Shown here: positions 48,668 to 57,628 of the stretch, one piece after another
Layout: each line of letters starts with the position of its first letter
Position numbering within the stretch: the first letter of the stretch is position 1
Source: Candidatus Omnitrophota bacterium
GTDB lineage: Bacteria > Omnitrophota > Gorgyraeia > Duberdicusellales > Duberdicusellaceae
NCBI GenBank assembly: GCA_016932855.1
Contig: JAFGCB010000016.1
Span: 554 to 64,553 of the forward strand
Length of the DNA stretch: 64,000 nucleotides
Direction: 5' to 3'
Made by a program: the position numbers and the translations under genes
Notes under the pieces: generated by a model
Told to the model about the DNA's origin: nothing
Databases searched by the model: none
The model's input: only the letters and a program-made list of their open reading frames with translations

Positions 48668-49543
48668 TTAAAGACCTAGCTCATCTAAAAGCTGGGGAAC
48701 GTATTTATCCCAGCCTAAAGGCATTATATGAACGCCTTGACATAAAGGCTTTAACTGCTTTATAAGACGGGCGGCTATTTCAATAGATTTCTTTGGCCTG
48801 TCTTCTTTGGAAACCGAAGACATCTCGTCGATTAAGTCTTCGGGCACGTTTACTCCGGCAACGTTCTTATTCATAAACTTAGCCATGCCGGCTGATTTTA
48901 AAAGTACTATACCGGCAAGCACCGGAACTTTAAGGTGTTTTACCTTATCCATAAAATCGGCAAATCTATCCGCTTGGTATACAGCCTGAGTCTGAAAGAA
49001 GCGGGCGCCGGCTTGAACTTTTTTCTCCATCTTTATAATCTGAGGCTCAAGGGGCTCGGCTCCGGGAGTTACCACCGCACCTAAGAAAAAACTGGGACTT
49101 GACTCTAAGGGGTTTCCGACCATATCCTTGCCTTCGTTCAAACCCTTAGCTGCTTGAAGCAACTGCACCGAATCAAGATCATATACAGGCTTGGCCTGAG
49201 GATGATCTCCTAAAACAGGATGGTCTCCGGTAAGGCACAATACATTTTCAACCCCCAATGTATAAGCGCTTAAAAGATCCGACTGCAAAGCCAGTCTATT
49301 GCGGTCACGGGTAACCATCTGAAAAACCGGTTCCATGTCTTTTTCTTTAAGAAGAGCGCAAGCCGCCAAAGAACCGAATCTCATTACTGCCGATTGATTG
49401 TCAGTTACGTTAATCGCGGCGACTCTTCCTTTGAGATGCTCTGCTTCAGCTAAACACTCCTTAATATCTACTCCTTTAGGGGGACCGATTTCAGAAGTGA
49501 CGACAAACTCACCCTTATCTAATTTTTCCTTAAGAAGACTCAT
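48668..49543 (-). CDS. metF: Methylenetetrahydrofolate reductase catalytic subunit
   Basis: EIGPPKG, NVTDNQ, RDRNRLALQSDLL, LTGDH, FFQTQ, GVHIM. Confidence 0.94.
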   Translation of the reverse strand: MSLLKEKLDKGEFVVTSEIGPPKGVDIKECLAEAEHLKGRVAAINVTDNQSAVMRFGSLAACALLKEKDMEPVFQMVTRDRNRLALQSDLLSAYTLGVENVLCLTGDHPVLGDHPQAKPVYDLDSVQLLQAAKGLNEGKDMVGNPLESSPSFFLGAVVTPGAEPLEPQIIKMEKKVQAGARFFQTQAVYQADRFADFMDKVKHLKVPVLAGIVLLKSAGMAKFMNKNVAGVNVPEDLIDEMSSVSKEDRPKKSIEIAARLIKQLKPLCQGVHIMPLGWDKYVPQLLDELGL

Positions 49544-49630
49544 TCTTACACCTTTCTCTTCTAAAAAAATCAATAAATTTTCAGGATTTTTTGGATGGAT
49601 AGACTAGAATTATCCTATGCTAAATATTGA

Positions 49631-49659
49631 ATTTTAACACTATAAGTATTATAAGTCAA
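49631..49659 (-). promoter_or_regulatory. Sigma70 promoter of metF-acs operon
   Basis: TTGACT-17nt-TAAAAT on minus strand. Confidence 0.6.
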
Positions 49660-49833
49660 GCGAAGACTGGACTTACGCAGATAAGCGAACTTAAGCTCGG
49701 TCTTCGCTTAACCCAACGCTTATTTCTACCGTATTTTCAGTTAAAATAAGTGCTGGTTCAAATTTGCAGGCATCCTTGAACCTAGGCTTTACTTTTACTT
49801 TGTTCCGCAAATCCTCCCCTCGCTGAAAAGACT

Positions 49834-49862
49834 TTGACAATTCGTTTTTATCCTATTAAAAT
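49834..49862 (+). promoter_or_regulatory. Sigma70 promoter of the hydrogenase operon
   Basis: TTGACA-17nt-TAAAAT, ending 8 nt before the ATG. Confidence 0.65.
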
Positions 49863-49870
49863 AGGACACT

Positions 49871-50782
49871 ATGACCACCAAAGAAAACAACTCAAATCCC
49901 CCTACCGTTAAAGAAATTCCCGCAATTTGGCTGCCCGGTGCAGGCTGTACAGGATGTTCGGTATCGGTACTTAACGCGGTAAGCCCTAAGATTAAAAATT
50001 TGCTGCTTGATGAAATCGTACCCGGAACTAAGGTAAGTTTGCTTTTCCATGCCACTATTATGGCCGGCCAGGGAGAAATGGTAATTGAAGTATTAAAAGA
50101 TACCCAGAAAAGAAAGAAAGGTAAATACCTTTTAATCGTGGAAGGCTCTATACCTACGGCTGAAAAAGGAAAATACGGGACTCTGGGAAACCTTAAAGGT
50201 AAACACGAAACTATCTTGGGAAGCCTTAAGGAGCTGGGAAGCAATGCTCTGGCCGTAATTGCCCTGGGCGCCTGTTCCTCTTACGGAGGAATACCAGCAG
50301 CCCATCCAAACCCTACCGGATGTAAAGGCGTGAAAGAAGTCTTTAAAGAAAATAGTATAGAAACGCCGGTTATTAATGTTCCCGGATGTCCGCCTCATCC
50401 TGACTGGCTCTTAGGCACTATCTCGAGTCTACTTTTAGGAAGAATGCCGGAACTTGATGACGTTGGACGGCCCAAACTTTTTTACGGTACGCTCATACAT
50501 GAAAACTGTCCCCGCAGGGCTGATTTTGATAAAGGAAAATTTGCCAAATACCCCGGCGATGAAGGCTGTCTCTACCAGGTAGGCTGCAAAGGCCATTACA
50601 CCTACGCTGACTGTGCCTTAAGGCAGTGGAATAACGGGGTTAACTGGTGCATAAAAGCAGGCTCGCCCTGCTTAGGATGCGTTGAGCCGGAATTTCCCGA
50701 TTTAACCTCGCCCTTTTATGAAAAAATTACCACGGAGGACATAAAGTCGTGCATCACTACAAATACACAATCGACCCGATAA
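49871..50782 (+). CDS. [NiFe] hydrogenase small subunit (group 1-like, no Tat leader)
   Basis: GCTGCS, GACSSYGG, PGCPPHP, HENC..CLYQVGCKG, C..RQWNNGVNWC..AGSPCLGC. Confidence 0.95.
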   Translation: MTTKENNSNPPTVKEIPAIWLPGAGCTGCSVSVLNAVSPKIKNLLLDEIVPGTKVSLLFHATIMAGQGEMVIEVLKDTQKRKKGKYLLIVEGSIPTAEKGKYGTLGNLKGKHETILGSLKELGSNALAVIALGACSSYGGIPAAHPNPTGCKGVKEVFKENSIETPVINVPGCPPHPDWLLGTISSLLLGRMPELDDVGRPKLFYGTLIHENCPRRADFDKGKFAKYPGDEGCLYQVGCKGHYTYADCALRQWNNGVNWCIKAGSPCLGCVEPEFPDLTSPFYEKITTEDIKSCITTNTQSTR

Positions 50783-52236
50783 CCCGGATAGAAGGCCACT
50801 TAGGAATCGAAGTAACCGTAGATAAAAATGTTATAAAGGAAGCTAAAAGCTCGGGAACTTTATTCCGGGGCTTTGAATTGATCCTAAAAAAAAGAGACCC
50901 CAGAGACGCAAACCGTTTAAGTCAAAGGGTCTGCGGGGTCTGCCCGGCGGTCCATGCCAAAGCCTCGGCCCTTTGTCTTGACGACGCTTTTGGCCTAAGC
51001 GGAAAAATAACTCAAAACGCAAAAATCATCCGCAACCTCATCCTCGGCTCAAACTTTCTGCAATCCCATATCCTGCATTTCTACCACTTAGCTGCCCTTG
51101 ACTACGTAGACGCAAAAAAAGCCGTGGGAGATATCGCTCCTTTTACTCCCCGCTACGAAGGAGATTACCGCCTGGATAATAAGATAAACCAACAAGCAAC
51201 AGCCCACTATATGCAAGCCTTGGACATACGGCGCAAAAGCCATGAGATGCTGGCAATTTTTGGAGGAAAGATGCCTCACAATGTAGGTATTATTCCCGGC
51301 GGAGTCACTGAAAAACCGACTGAAGATAAAATTACTAATTTCTTATGGCGCTTAAATGAAATCCGTGAGTTCATTGACAATTGCTATATACCCGATGTAA
51401 TCGCTGTTGCCAAAACCTACGGCGATTACCTAAAAATCGGCAAAGGCTGCGGAAACCTTCTTGATTACGGGGGATTTGAAATTAACGCAAATACATTTTT
51501 TAAACCAGGGGTGGTATCTGCGGGCTTGGAACTCTCAGAGTTGAATGCGGAGAAAATAACCGAAGACGTAAAATATTCCTGGTTCTCCGACCAGACAACC
51601 GGACTTCATCCTTCCCGATCAGAAACTGTACCCCAGACCGAGAAAAAAGATGCTTACTCATTCATTAAATCTCCCCGCTATGACGGCAAAGTAGTTGAAA
51701 CAGGACCTCTTGCCCGCATGGTAATTGGATACCTGCAGGATAAACCTCAAATTAAAAACCAAATTGACAGTCTTCTTTCTGAGCTTGATATCGCGGCTCA
51801 AGACTTATTTTCTGTAATGGGCCGCCATGCAGCCCGGGCAATAGAAGCTAAATTAGTTGCTGATACCATGGCCGAATGGATAGTTAAGTTAAATCCCGAC
51901 GAAAAAGTTTTTAGCGGATACCAGCTGCCGGAAACAGCCCAGGGAACAGGTCTTACAGCAGCCCCCCGGGGAAGCTTAGGCCACTGGATATCGATAAAAG
52001 ATTCTAAAATAGAAAGATACCAGATAATAAGCCCTACTTCCTGGAACGCCTCGCCCAAAGACGATAAAGGAAATCCCGGCCCTATTGAGCAGGCCCTTAT
52101 CGGGACAGAGATTAGAGATAAAGAAAATCCTTTCGAGGTAGTAAGGATAATTCGCACTTTTGACCCTTGCCTTGCCTGTTCCATGCAGTTGATTACTCCC
52201 AAGGGTAAAAAAATCGGAGAGTTCGAAGTTGTATAA
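50749..52236 (+). CDS. [NiFe] hydrogenase large subunit
   Basis: IDPITRIEGH, RVCGVC, SHILHFYHL, APRGSLGHW, FDPCLAC plus a C-terminal extension. Confidence 0.96.
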   Translation: MHHYKYTIDPITRIEGHLGIEVTVDKNVIKEAKSSGTLFRGFELILKKRDPRDANRLSQRVCGVCPAVHAKASALCLDDAFGLSGKITQNAKIIRNLILGSNFLQSHILHFYHLAALDYVDAKKAVGDIAPFTPRYEGDYRLDNKINQQATAHYMQALDIRRKSHEMLAIFGGKMPHNVGIIPGGVTEKPTEDKITNFLWRLNEIREFIDNCYIPDVIAVAKTYGDYLKIGKGCGNLLDYGGFEINANTFFKPGVVSAGLELSELNAEKITEDVKYSWFSDQTTGLHPSRSETVPQTEKKDAYSFIKSPRYDGKVVETGPLARMVIGYLQDKPQIKNQIDSLLSELDIAAQDLFSVMGRHAARAIEAKLVADTMAEWIVKLNPDEKVFSGYQLPETAQGTGLTAAPRGSLGHWISIKDSKIERYQIISPTSWNASPKDDKGNPGPIEQALIGTEIRDKENPFEVVRIIRTFDPCLACSMQLITPKGKKIGEFEVV

Positions 52237-52687
52237 AAAAGTTGTAATCTTAGGTCTGGGCAATATCCTCTTAAAAGATGAAGGGATCGGCGTCCATATT
52301 TCCGAGGAACTTACGAAATTGCGTCTTGGCGACAATATCGAGATTATTGACGGCGGAACCGCAAGCCTGGACGCGCTTATCCAAACAGCAAATTTCGACA
52401 AACTAGTTATTGTTGATGCTCTAAGGGCCGGTAAAAAACCGGGGACTATATATCGTTTCAACAGCCACCAGCTGCATGCGCACCTTGATTCAAGGAAACT
52501 GTCCTTGCATCAATTTAGCCTATTGGAAGCTTTATCAATAACTGAAAAAACAGGAAATTTACCCAAAGAAGTTATCTTTATAGGAGTTGAGCCTGAAAAA
52601 ATAGACTGGGGCCTGGAAGTAAGTAAGTCTGTAAAGGAAAAAATACCGGAAATTATAAAGTTAGTGACCCAGGAACTACCCAATTAG
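52229..52687 (+). CDS. Hydrogenase maturation protease
   Basis: GLGNILLKDEGIG, IDGGT, IVDA, SLHQ. Confidence 0.94.
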   Translation: MYKKVVILGLGNILLKDEGIGVHISEELTKLRLGDNIEIIDGGTASLDALIQTANFDKLVIVDALRAGKKPGTIYRFNSHQLHAHLDSRKLSLHQFSLLEALSITEKTGNLPKEVIFIGVEPEKIDWGLEVSKSVKEKIPEIIKLVTQELPN

Positions 52688-52707
52688 TTTTTTTAGAAAC
52701 TAATTGA

Positions 52708-52850
52708 ATGACAAATTACAAATCCCAAATCCCAATAGATTTTGGATTTGGGATTTTGGATTTACTTGGGATTTGGTAGTATTGGAACTTGGGATTTGAT
52801 TTATCTGCCTGCTCGCCTCTTGGCGAAACCGAGGGCCGACAAGTAGGGTA
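52708..52850. repeat. AAATCCC-family element followed by a CCTGCC-type palindrome with insert
   Basis: atttacttgggatttggtagtattgg matches 20304-20329 with one mismatch; ctgcctgc tcgcctcttggcga..caagtagg. Confidence 0.75.
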
Positions 52851-52862
52851 AACGACGAAGAA

Positions 52863-53528
52863 ATGCTTTACACAGAAAAAAAACCAATAGCTGAAATACT
52901 AGAGCTGCTAAAGGGAAGTAGGAATATCTTTTTAGTGGCCTGCAACGGCTGTCCTGAAGCCTGTGAAACCGGCGGAAAAGCAGCTTTAGAAGAAATAGAA
53001 AAAGAACTTAAGACGAACGCAAAGACCGTTAGCGGAAGCGTTCTAATTGATTTTCTCTGCAATAAAATGCTGGTTACTACCCGGCTTTTCAGATGCAGCC
53101 AGCAAATAAACCAGGCTGATTGTATTCTGGTGCTTTCCTGCGGTATAGGCGTTCAAGCTGTATCAAGCATTCTGGATAAACCCGCCTTGCCTGCACTAGA
53201 TACAATCTCTATGGGCGGCTTTCAAGGATTATGGCCCTCAAGCGAACGCTGCGAAGAATGCGGCCAATGCTACTTGGGACTAACAGGAGGAATCTGTCCG
53301 ATTACTTTTTGCAGTAAAAGTCTCTTGAGCGGGCCTTGCGGCGGCACTAAAGACGGTAAATGCGAAGTCGATTCCGACCGCGACTGCGGCTGGCATCTTA
53401 TCTATGAAAGGCTGAAGAAAATAGGAAAACTGGATGTTTTAAAAAAACCGGCTAAACCCCGAAATTACCAAAGAATGCTTACCTCCAAAGAACTGCGGAA
53501 AAAAACCTTCTACGACATAGAAGAATAA
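52863..53528 (+). CDS. metV: MetV-type MTHFR Fe-S subunit (copy 1)
   Basis: CNGCPEACETGG, LSCGIGVQ, CEECGQC...TGGICP..CSKSLLSGPCGG...GKCEVD..DCGW..IYERL. Confidence 0.92.
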   Translation: MLYTEKKPIAEILELLKGSRNIFLVACNGCPEACETGGKAALEEIEKELKTNAKTVSGSVLIDFLCNKMLVTTRLFRCSQQINQADCILVLSCGIGVQAVSSILDKPALPALDTISMGGFQGLWPSSERCEECGQCYLGLTGGICPITFCSKSLLSGPCGGTKDGKCEVDSDRDCGWHLIYERLKKIGKLDVLKKPAKPRNYQRMLTSKELRKKTFYDIEE

Positions 53529-53576
53529 AGCCTCGTTTTAATAAAACCATAAAACGATAAGCAAAAGCTTCTGACC

Positions 53577-54194
53577 TTACCCTAACAGTGAGCTTATTAC
53601 CACAAAGCCGCCTTTACCAAAACCCTGACAGGGTTTTTCAACCGACTTCATTTTACCGGGTAATTCAAACAAGGTTTGATAATAAGAAAATGTATTGAAT
53701 CCGGCTACTTTGAGCAAATCCTTTAATTCCTCGACTCCGAAAAATCGAGCCTGTTTATAGAATAGGCTTTTCTTTTTCCGATAAAATCTACCCAAGAAGC
53801 TGTCTTTATCTATTATGCCCAGGATTACCCTTCCGTCTTTTTTTAAGACCCGACCGGCCTCCTGTAATACCTTCAAGGGATTATCGACAAAACATAGAGT
53901 TATGATAATCGCCGCATAATCAAAGGTATTATCAAAAAAAGGCAAGCCTTCGCCAAAACCAAGACATACATTTACGCCCCGTCGCCTGGCTATCTTAAGC
54001 ATATTCAAAGAAGGGTCTACCCCAATGGCAATCTCTAAAGAAGCGGCAAATCTGCCTGTTCCTACCCCGATCTCTAAACCCCTTCCTGGAGGTATTGCTT
54101 TCCTCAAAGCCTCAATTTCCGAGAAATAGGCAAACTTGTTATTATCGTACCAGTAATCATATTTCTTGTAATATTTATTAAACAGAGCTTTCAC
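53577..54194 (-). CDS. Class I SAM-dependent methyltransferase
   Basis: LEIGVGTGRF, GVDPS, LPF.D..FD, RVLK. Confidence 0.9.
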   Translation of the reverse strand: MKALFNKYYKKYDYWYDNNKFAYFSEIEALRKAIPPGRGLEIGVGTGRFAASLEIAIGVDPSLNMLKIARRRGVNVCLGFGEGLPFFDNTFDYAAIIITLCFVDNPLKVLQEAGRVLKKDGRVILGIIDKDSFLGRFYRKKKSLFYKQARFFGVEELKDLLKVAGFNTFSYYQTLFELPGKMKSVEKPCQGFGKGGFVVISSLLG

Positions 54195-54894
54195 AACGGT
54201 AAATTCCTGCTAAAGATTTAAATTCAGCCTCGTTTGCCTCAAGCTTTAAGTTACGGGGCCTGCTCCACTTAGAATAGTCTTTCGGCTCTCGGAATTTATA
54301 CATTAAATCCAGTTTATTAATATTCTTTAACCTTTCATATATTAATTGCCAGCCGCAATCCTGGTCTCTATCCACTTCGCACTTACCATCCTTTGCACCG
54401 CCGCAGGGGCCGTTTAAAAGGCTTTTCGTACAAAGGGTTAGAGGGCATAATCCGCCGGTATATTCTACAATACATTCACCGCATAAAGAGCAATACTCCG
54501 TAATATAGTCATCATTGACTGTCTCGCCGCCGAAAATCGTGTCGCACCCGGGATAAACATTACCTGCGTCTGTTGCATCCATAACAGTATGTATGCCCTG
54601 TCCGCAGGCTAAAACTAAGAAAGAATCGGCTGCCCGGGTCTCTTGCTCATGTTCTTTATTAAGCAGCTTCTTGGCTACCGACAGCTTACAGAGAGAAGAA
54701 CCGCTGGCCGTAGCTGCGTAACCGGTAACCCTTACACCTTTGTTTTCCAAGCGGGACTTCATTGCCTTGGCTTGCTCCTCTCCGCCGGAACGGCACTTCT
54801 CGGCACAATTACCACAACCAACAACAAATATTTTTTCTCCCTTTTTCAAAAACCCAACTATTTTGTCCAATGGCTTCTGTATTGTAGCATGCAT
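54178..54894 (-). CDS. metV: MetV-type MTHFR Fe-S subunit (copy 2)
   Basis: GCGNCAEKCRSGG, LACGQG, CSLCGEC..TGGLCP..CTKSLLNGPCGG...GKCEVD..DCGW. Confidence 0.9.
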   Translation of the reverse strand: MHATIQKPLDKIVGFLKKGEKIFVVGCGNCAEKCRSGGEEQAKAMKSRLENKGVRVTGYAATASGSSLCKLSVAKKLLNKEHEQETRAADSFLVLACGQGIHTVMDATDAGNVYPGCDTIFGGETVNDDYITEYCSLCGECIVEYTGGLCPLTLCTKSLLNGPCGGAKDGKCEVDRDQDCGWQLIYERLKNINKLDLMYKFREPKDYSKWSRPRNLKLEANEAEFKSLAGIYRCESSV

Positions 54895-54939
54895 AAATCT
54901 TCTCCTTTTTTTTATCTACACCTTAACCATAATAATAAT

Positions 54940-55190
54940 TTAAAAGTCCAAATCTGACCACCGACCATCGTAGAATATTTTCAGATATTTATAAAATTCT
55001 CTATCCATAGCATCCCTTTTTACGTCCTTTTCTTTAAAAGAATGTCTCTAGCCGGGGCAGTAACTCATTAAGATATCATTGACATGGCTTATCCTTTTAA
55101 ATATTTCTTCGCATTCTTTCTTCTTTTCATCTCTGCATTTATTCAAATGGTATTCATGCGTTAGTCGGCGGCAAGCTTTCTTCTTTTACT
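54940..55190 (-). pseudogene. Degraded small J-domain (DnaJ-like) gene
   Basis: Minus strand reads KKACRRLTHEYHLNKCRDEKKKECEEIFKRISHVNDILMSYCPG*RHSFKEKDVK, then after a frameshift DAMDREFYKYLKIFYDGRWSDLDF*; HPD is HLN; no start seen. Confidence 0.65.
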
Positions 55191-55212
55191 CTTTATTGCC
55201 GCTATTTTTAAT

Positions 55213-55413
55213 TTATCCTAAAGGGCAGGTTCCTGTCGGGCAATTGTTTGAGCTAAATGAGCTGGATTTACCCATACTAAATGCTGCATAAGTCTTCTCG
55301 ATATTTTTGCTCTTACACTTTTTGCATTTAAGCTCCGTTTTTTCAGCCGTAACCCCAATTAACAAATCAAATTTTTCACCACAATTTTTACAAATATAAG
55401 TATACAAAGGCAT
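55213..55413 (-). CDS. FmdB-family zinc-ribbon protein
   Basis: MPLYTYICKNCG..F..CKKCKS, C-terminal CPTGTCP. Confidence 0.88.
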   Translation of the reverse strand: MPLYTYICKNCGEKFDLLIGVTAEKTELKCKKCKSKNIEKTYAAFSMGKSSSFSSNNCPTGTCPLG

Positions 55414-55430
55414 ATCGCAACTCCCGATTA

Positions 55431-56060
55431 TTATGAACTAACCGTTTCCAATAATAAATTTTTGAATCTATCTAATGAGATTCCGCACGGCTCGATAGGA
55501 AGCCTCATCCAATCAGCAAATTCCAACACCTGTTGAGGGTGCTCCTGGCAGTACCTGTCAAAAATCCCTAGGGGATCTAAAAGAATCGCTTTATCGTGCT
55601 GGGGAAAGGTTTCATTGGCCTTGCCCTTATCCCAGTCTTTAAAGATTATCTTCCAATGTTCCATCCAGCCCCATGAGAGCCAATATACTTTCTGTCCGCC
55701 GCTTATATTTTCTCTCTCATCGGGGCTAACAAACATGTCAATACAGTTTTTTGCTTTTATTCTTACAGCGGAATTTACACTTTCCTGAATTATTCTTTCT
55801 ATGTCCCGGGCAGGATCTTTAATATCAATATAGCATCTGTTTCCGTAAATAACTATAATATTTTCCGAATATTTTTTTGCATTATTAATTTGTTTTTTAA
55901 GCTGTCCCTTGAGTTCACTGGGCACCTCATGCAAACCAGGCGCAGTATATAAAATCTTATCGGCGTTTAAAAATGCTGTCTGATTTAAAAATGCAAGCTC
56001 CCTGCGTAATGTACCGCAGGAAACAATGCTATACCCTTTAAAACCTGTTTTTCTATCCAT
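55431..56060 (-). CDS. DUF1638-like protein
   Basis: SCGTL, PGLH, YG..C, NCIDM. Confidence 0.65.
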   Translation of the reverse strand: MDRKTGFKGYSIVSCGTLRRELAFLNQTAFLNADKILYTAPGLHEVPSELKGQLKKQINNAKKYSENIIVIYGNRCYIDIKDPARDIERIIQESVNSAVRIKAKNCIDMFVSPDERENISGGQKVYWLSWGWMEHWKIIFKDWDKGKANETFPQHDKAILLDPLGIFDRYCQEHPQQVLEFADWMRLPIEPCGISLDRFKNLLLETVSS

Positions 56061-57357
56061 CTGCTGACTGCGATTTTTCTAAAGGGTGTGTCGGGGCTGT
56101 AATCTTTTCAATCTGTTTGCTAAGATATTTGTCGATAACGTCACTTACTATGGAATTTTCTTCTGCCCTATATATATCAACAAAATTCTCCTTTAGCATG
56201 TAAAAGGATATTTCCCCGATACGGGAAGTAAACAATACGTCTAACTTGTATTTGATGACGGCTTTTATGACTTTTATTCCTATATGTTTTGTTTCATGCA
56301 AGAATTCGTTATAATAAAAATCTTCGATTTCCGGAGTGCCGTCAGTAAGTTTAAGAATAATATAATACGGTGCCCGGCCAAAATGGCCGTGGACTTTCGA
56401 GCCTAAGCCATTCATATCCTTAACCGGAATAATCGCCGAAACAACCTGCTTTCTTGAAGGTTCAACATGCATAAATACGGATTCGACATTTTTATAATTT
56501 TTTATTATAAAGTTTTCTGTTTTATGTGCAAGTTCGTGCGCCCGGTACAAAGCAAGCGTAGGTGAAGTCTGAATTTTACACTCCACCATTTTAAAAGGGC
56601 CCGATTGGCGAATTTTAACCTCGCTTTTTCCCTTAACGCCGTATAGTTCGTTTATCTTTTCTTCAATTTCATATTGTAATTCAGGGTCTAAATTAGCGTC
56701 CATTAAGGCAAGTAATGCTGTCCATGCATTTTTGACGCCCAGCTTTACAACAAGAAATGAAATCAAAATTATAATAATTCCTTCTACGTAGGGAATCCTA
56801 AAAAATGCAAGCAAAATTCCTATCAAAACAACGACCGAAGTAAAAATATCAAGAAATGACTCTTGAGCGTTTGCAAGAAGCGATTGAGAGCCTATGGCCT
56901 CACCGATTTCTTGTTCTTTTCTGGCAATAAAGAATGCAGCCATAATAGACGCTAGACTTGCTGAAACCGGTGCAAAAGGAAATTCCTGAACCTCTTTTAG
57001 GAAAAAGAGCTTTTCATACCCACCTTTTAAAATCTCCCAACCAGCCCATAATATTACTATTCCGACTATAAGAGTAACTAAAGTCTCTGCTTTAAACAAG
57101 CCATAAGGGAACCGAGCGCTTTTCTTCTTGGAAGCCAACCAAAGGCCAAAGCCCGAAGCAAAAATAGCCAGAATATCGGCACCACTATGGAAAGCATCGG
57201 CTATAAGGATTTGGGAACCGAAAAGATGCCCTATGGCACCTTTGGCTACTGCTAAAAGGAAAGTTACCCCTGCCGCGATAAAGGCTGTTTTCTGTCCTCG
57301 TCTTAATCCTCTGGTAGTTTCTCTATCAACTTCCATGCCAACCTTAAATTCATCCAA
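56053..57357 (-). CDS. Cation diffusion facilitator fused to a C-terminal NifB/NifX-like domain
   Basis: ADAFHS..D, FPYG..KAE, TM helices, HVEP; C-terminal HFGRAPYY; alternative ATG at 57336. Confidence 0.9.
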   Translation of the reverse strand: MDEFKVGMEVDRETTRGLRRGQKTAFIAAGVTFLLAVAKGAIGHLFGSQILIADAFHSGADILAIFASGFGLWLASKKKSARFPYGLFKAETLVTLIVGIVILWAGWEILKGGYEKLFFLKEVQEFPFAPVSASLASIMAAFFIARKEQEIGEAIGSQSLLANAQESFLDIFTSVVVLIGILLAFFRIPYVEGIIIILISFLVVKLGVKNAWTALLALMDANLDPELQYEIEEKINELYGVKGKSEVKIRQSGPFKMVECKIQTSPTLALYRAHELAHKTENFIIKNYKNVESVFMHVEPSRKQVVSAIIPVKDMNGLGSKVHGHFGRAPYYIILKLTDGTPEIEDFYYNEFLHETKHIGIKVIKAVIKYKLDVLFTSRIGEISFYMLKENFVDIYRAEENSIVSDVIDKYLSKQIEKITAPTHPLEKSQSADG

Positions 57358-57591
57358 TTATTCTGAAAAAAACTGGCGCGTCATCGGCACGCCGCATTTT
57401 GGACATCTGGTCTGAAAACAAGGAAGGCCCAATTTGTGAAACACGGTTATTCCGCAATTAGGGCAGATACAATTCTCCGGCTGTCTTCTTCGTCCCAAAG
57501 GTCCAAACCATCCCCTGCGTCCTCTTCTTCCCGGAAAACCTCTTCCTTGGCCTCCGCCTCTTCCTTGGCCTCTTCCGAATCCAAATGGCAT
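57358..57591 (-). CDS. Small Gly/Arg-rich, Cys-rich metal-binding protein
   Basis: GRGQGRGGG..; CICPNCG...H..G.PC....CPKCG..M.R. Confidence 0.8.
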   Translation of the reverse strand: MPFGFGRGQGRGGGQGRGFPGRRGRRGWFGPLGRRRQPENCICPNCGITVFHKLGLPCFQTRCPKCGVPMTRQFFSE

Positions 57592-57628
57592 AACAATCTC
57601 CTTCTCTAAGAATAATTTTTATTGTCTA

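Noticed and set aside
52168-52170. Selenocysteine in the hydrogenase large subunit
   Set aside because: The codon is TGC; no in-frame TGA
49842-53565. Recombinase inverted repeats flanking the hydrogenase block
   Set aside because: Only loose AT-rich similarity (tcgtttt..tattaaaa); no recombinase nearby
55040-55060. TAG read-through or recoding in the J-domain frame
   Set aside because: The same remnant also has a frameshift and has lost HPD; TAG is a normal stop for uvrD, polA and glgA
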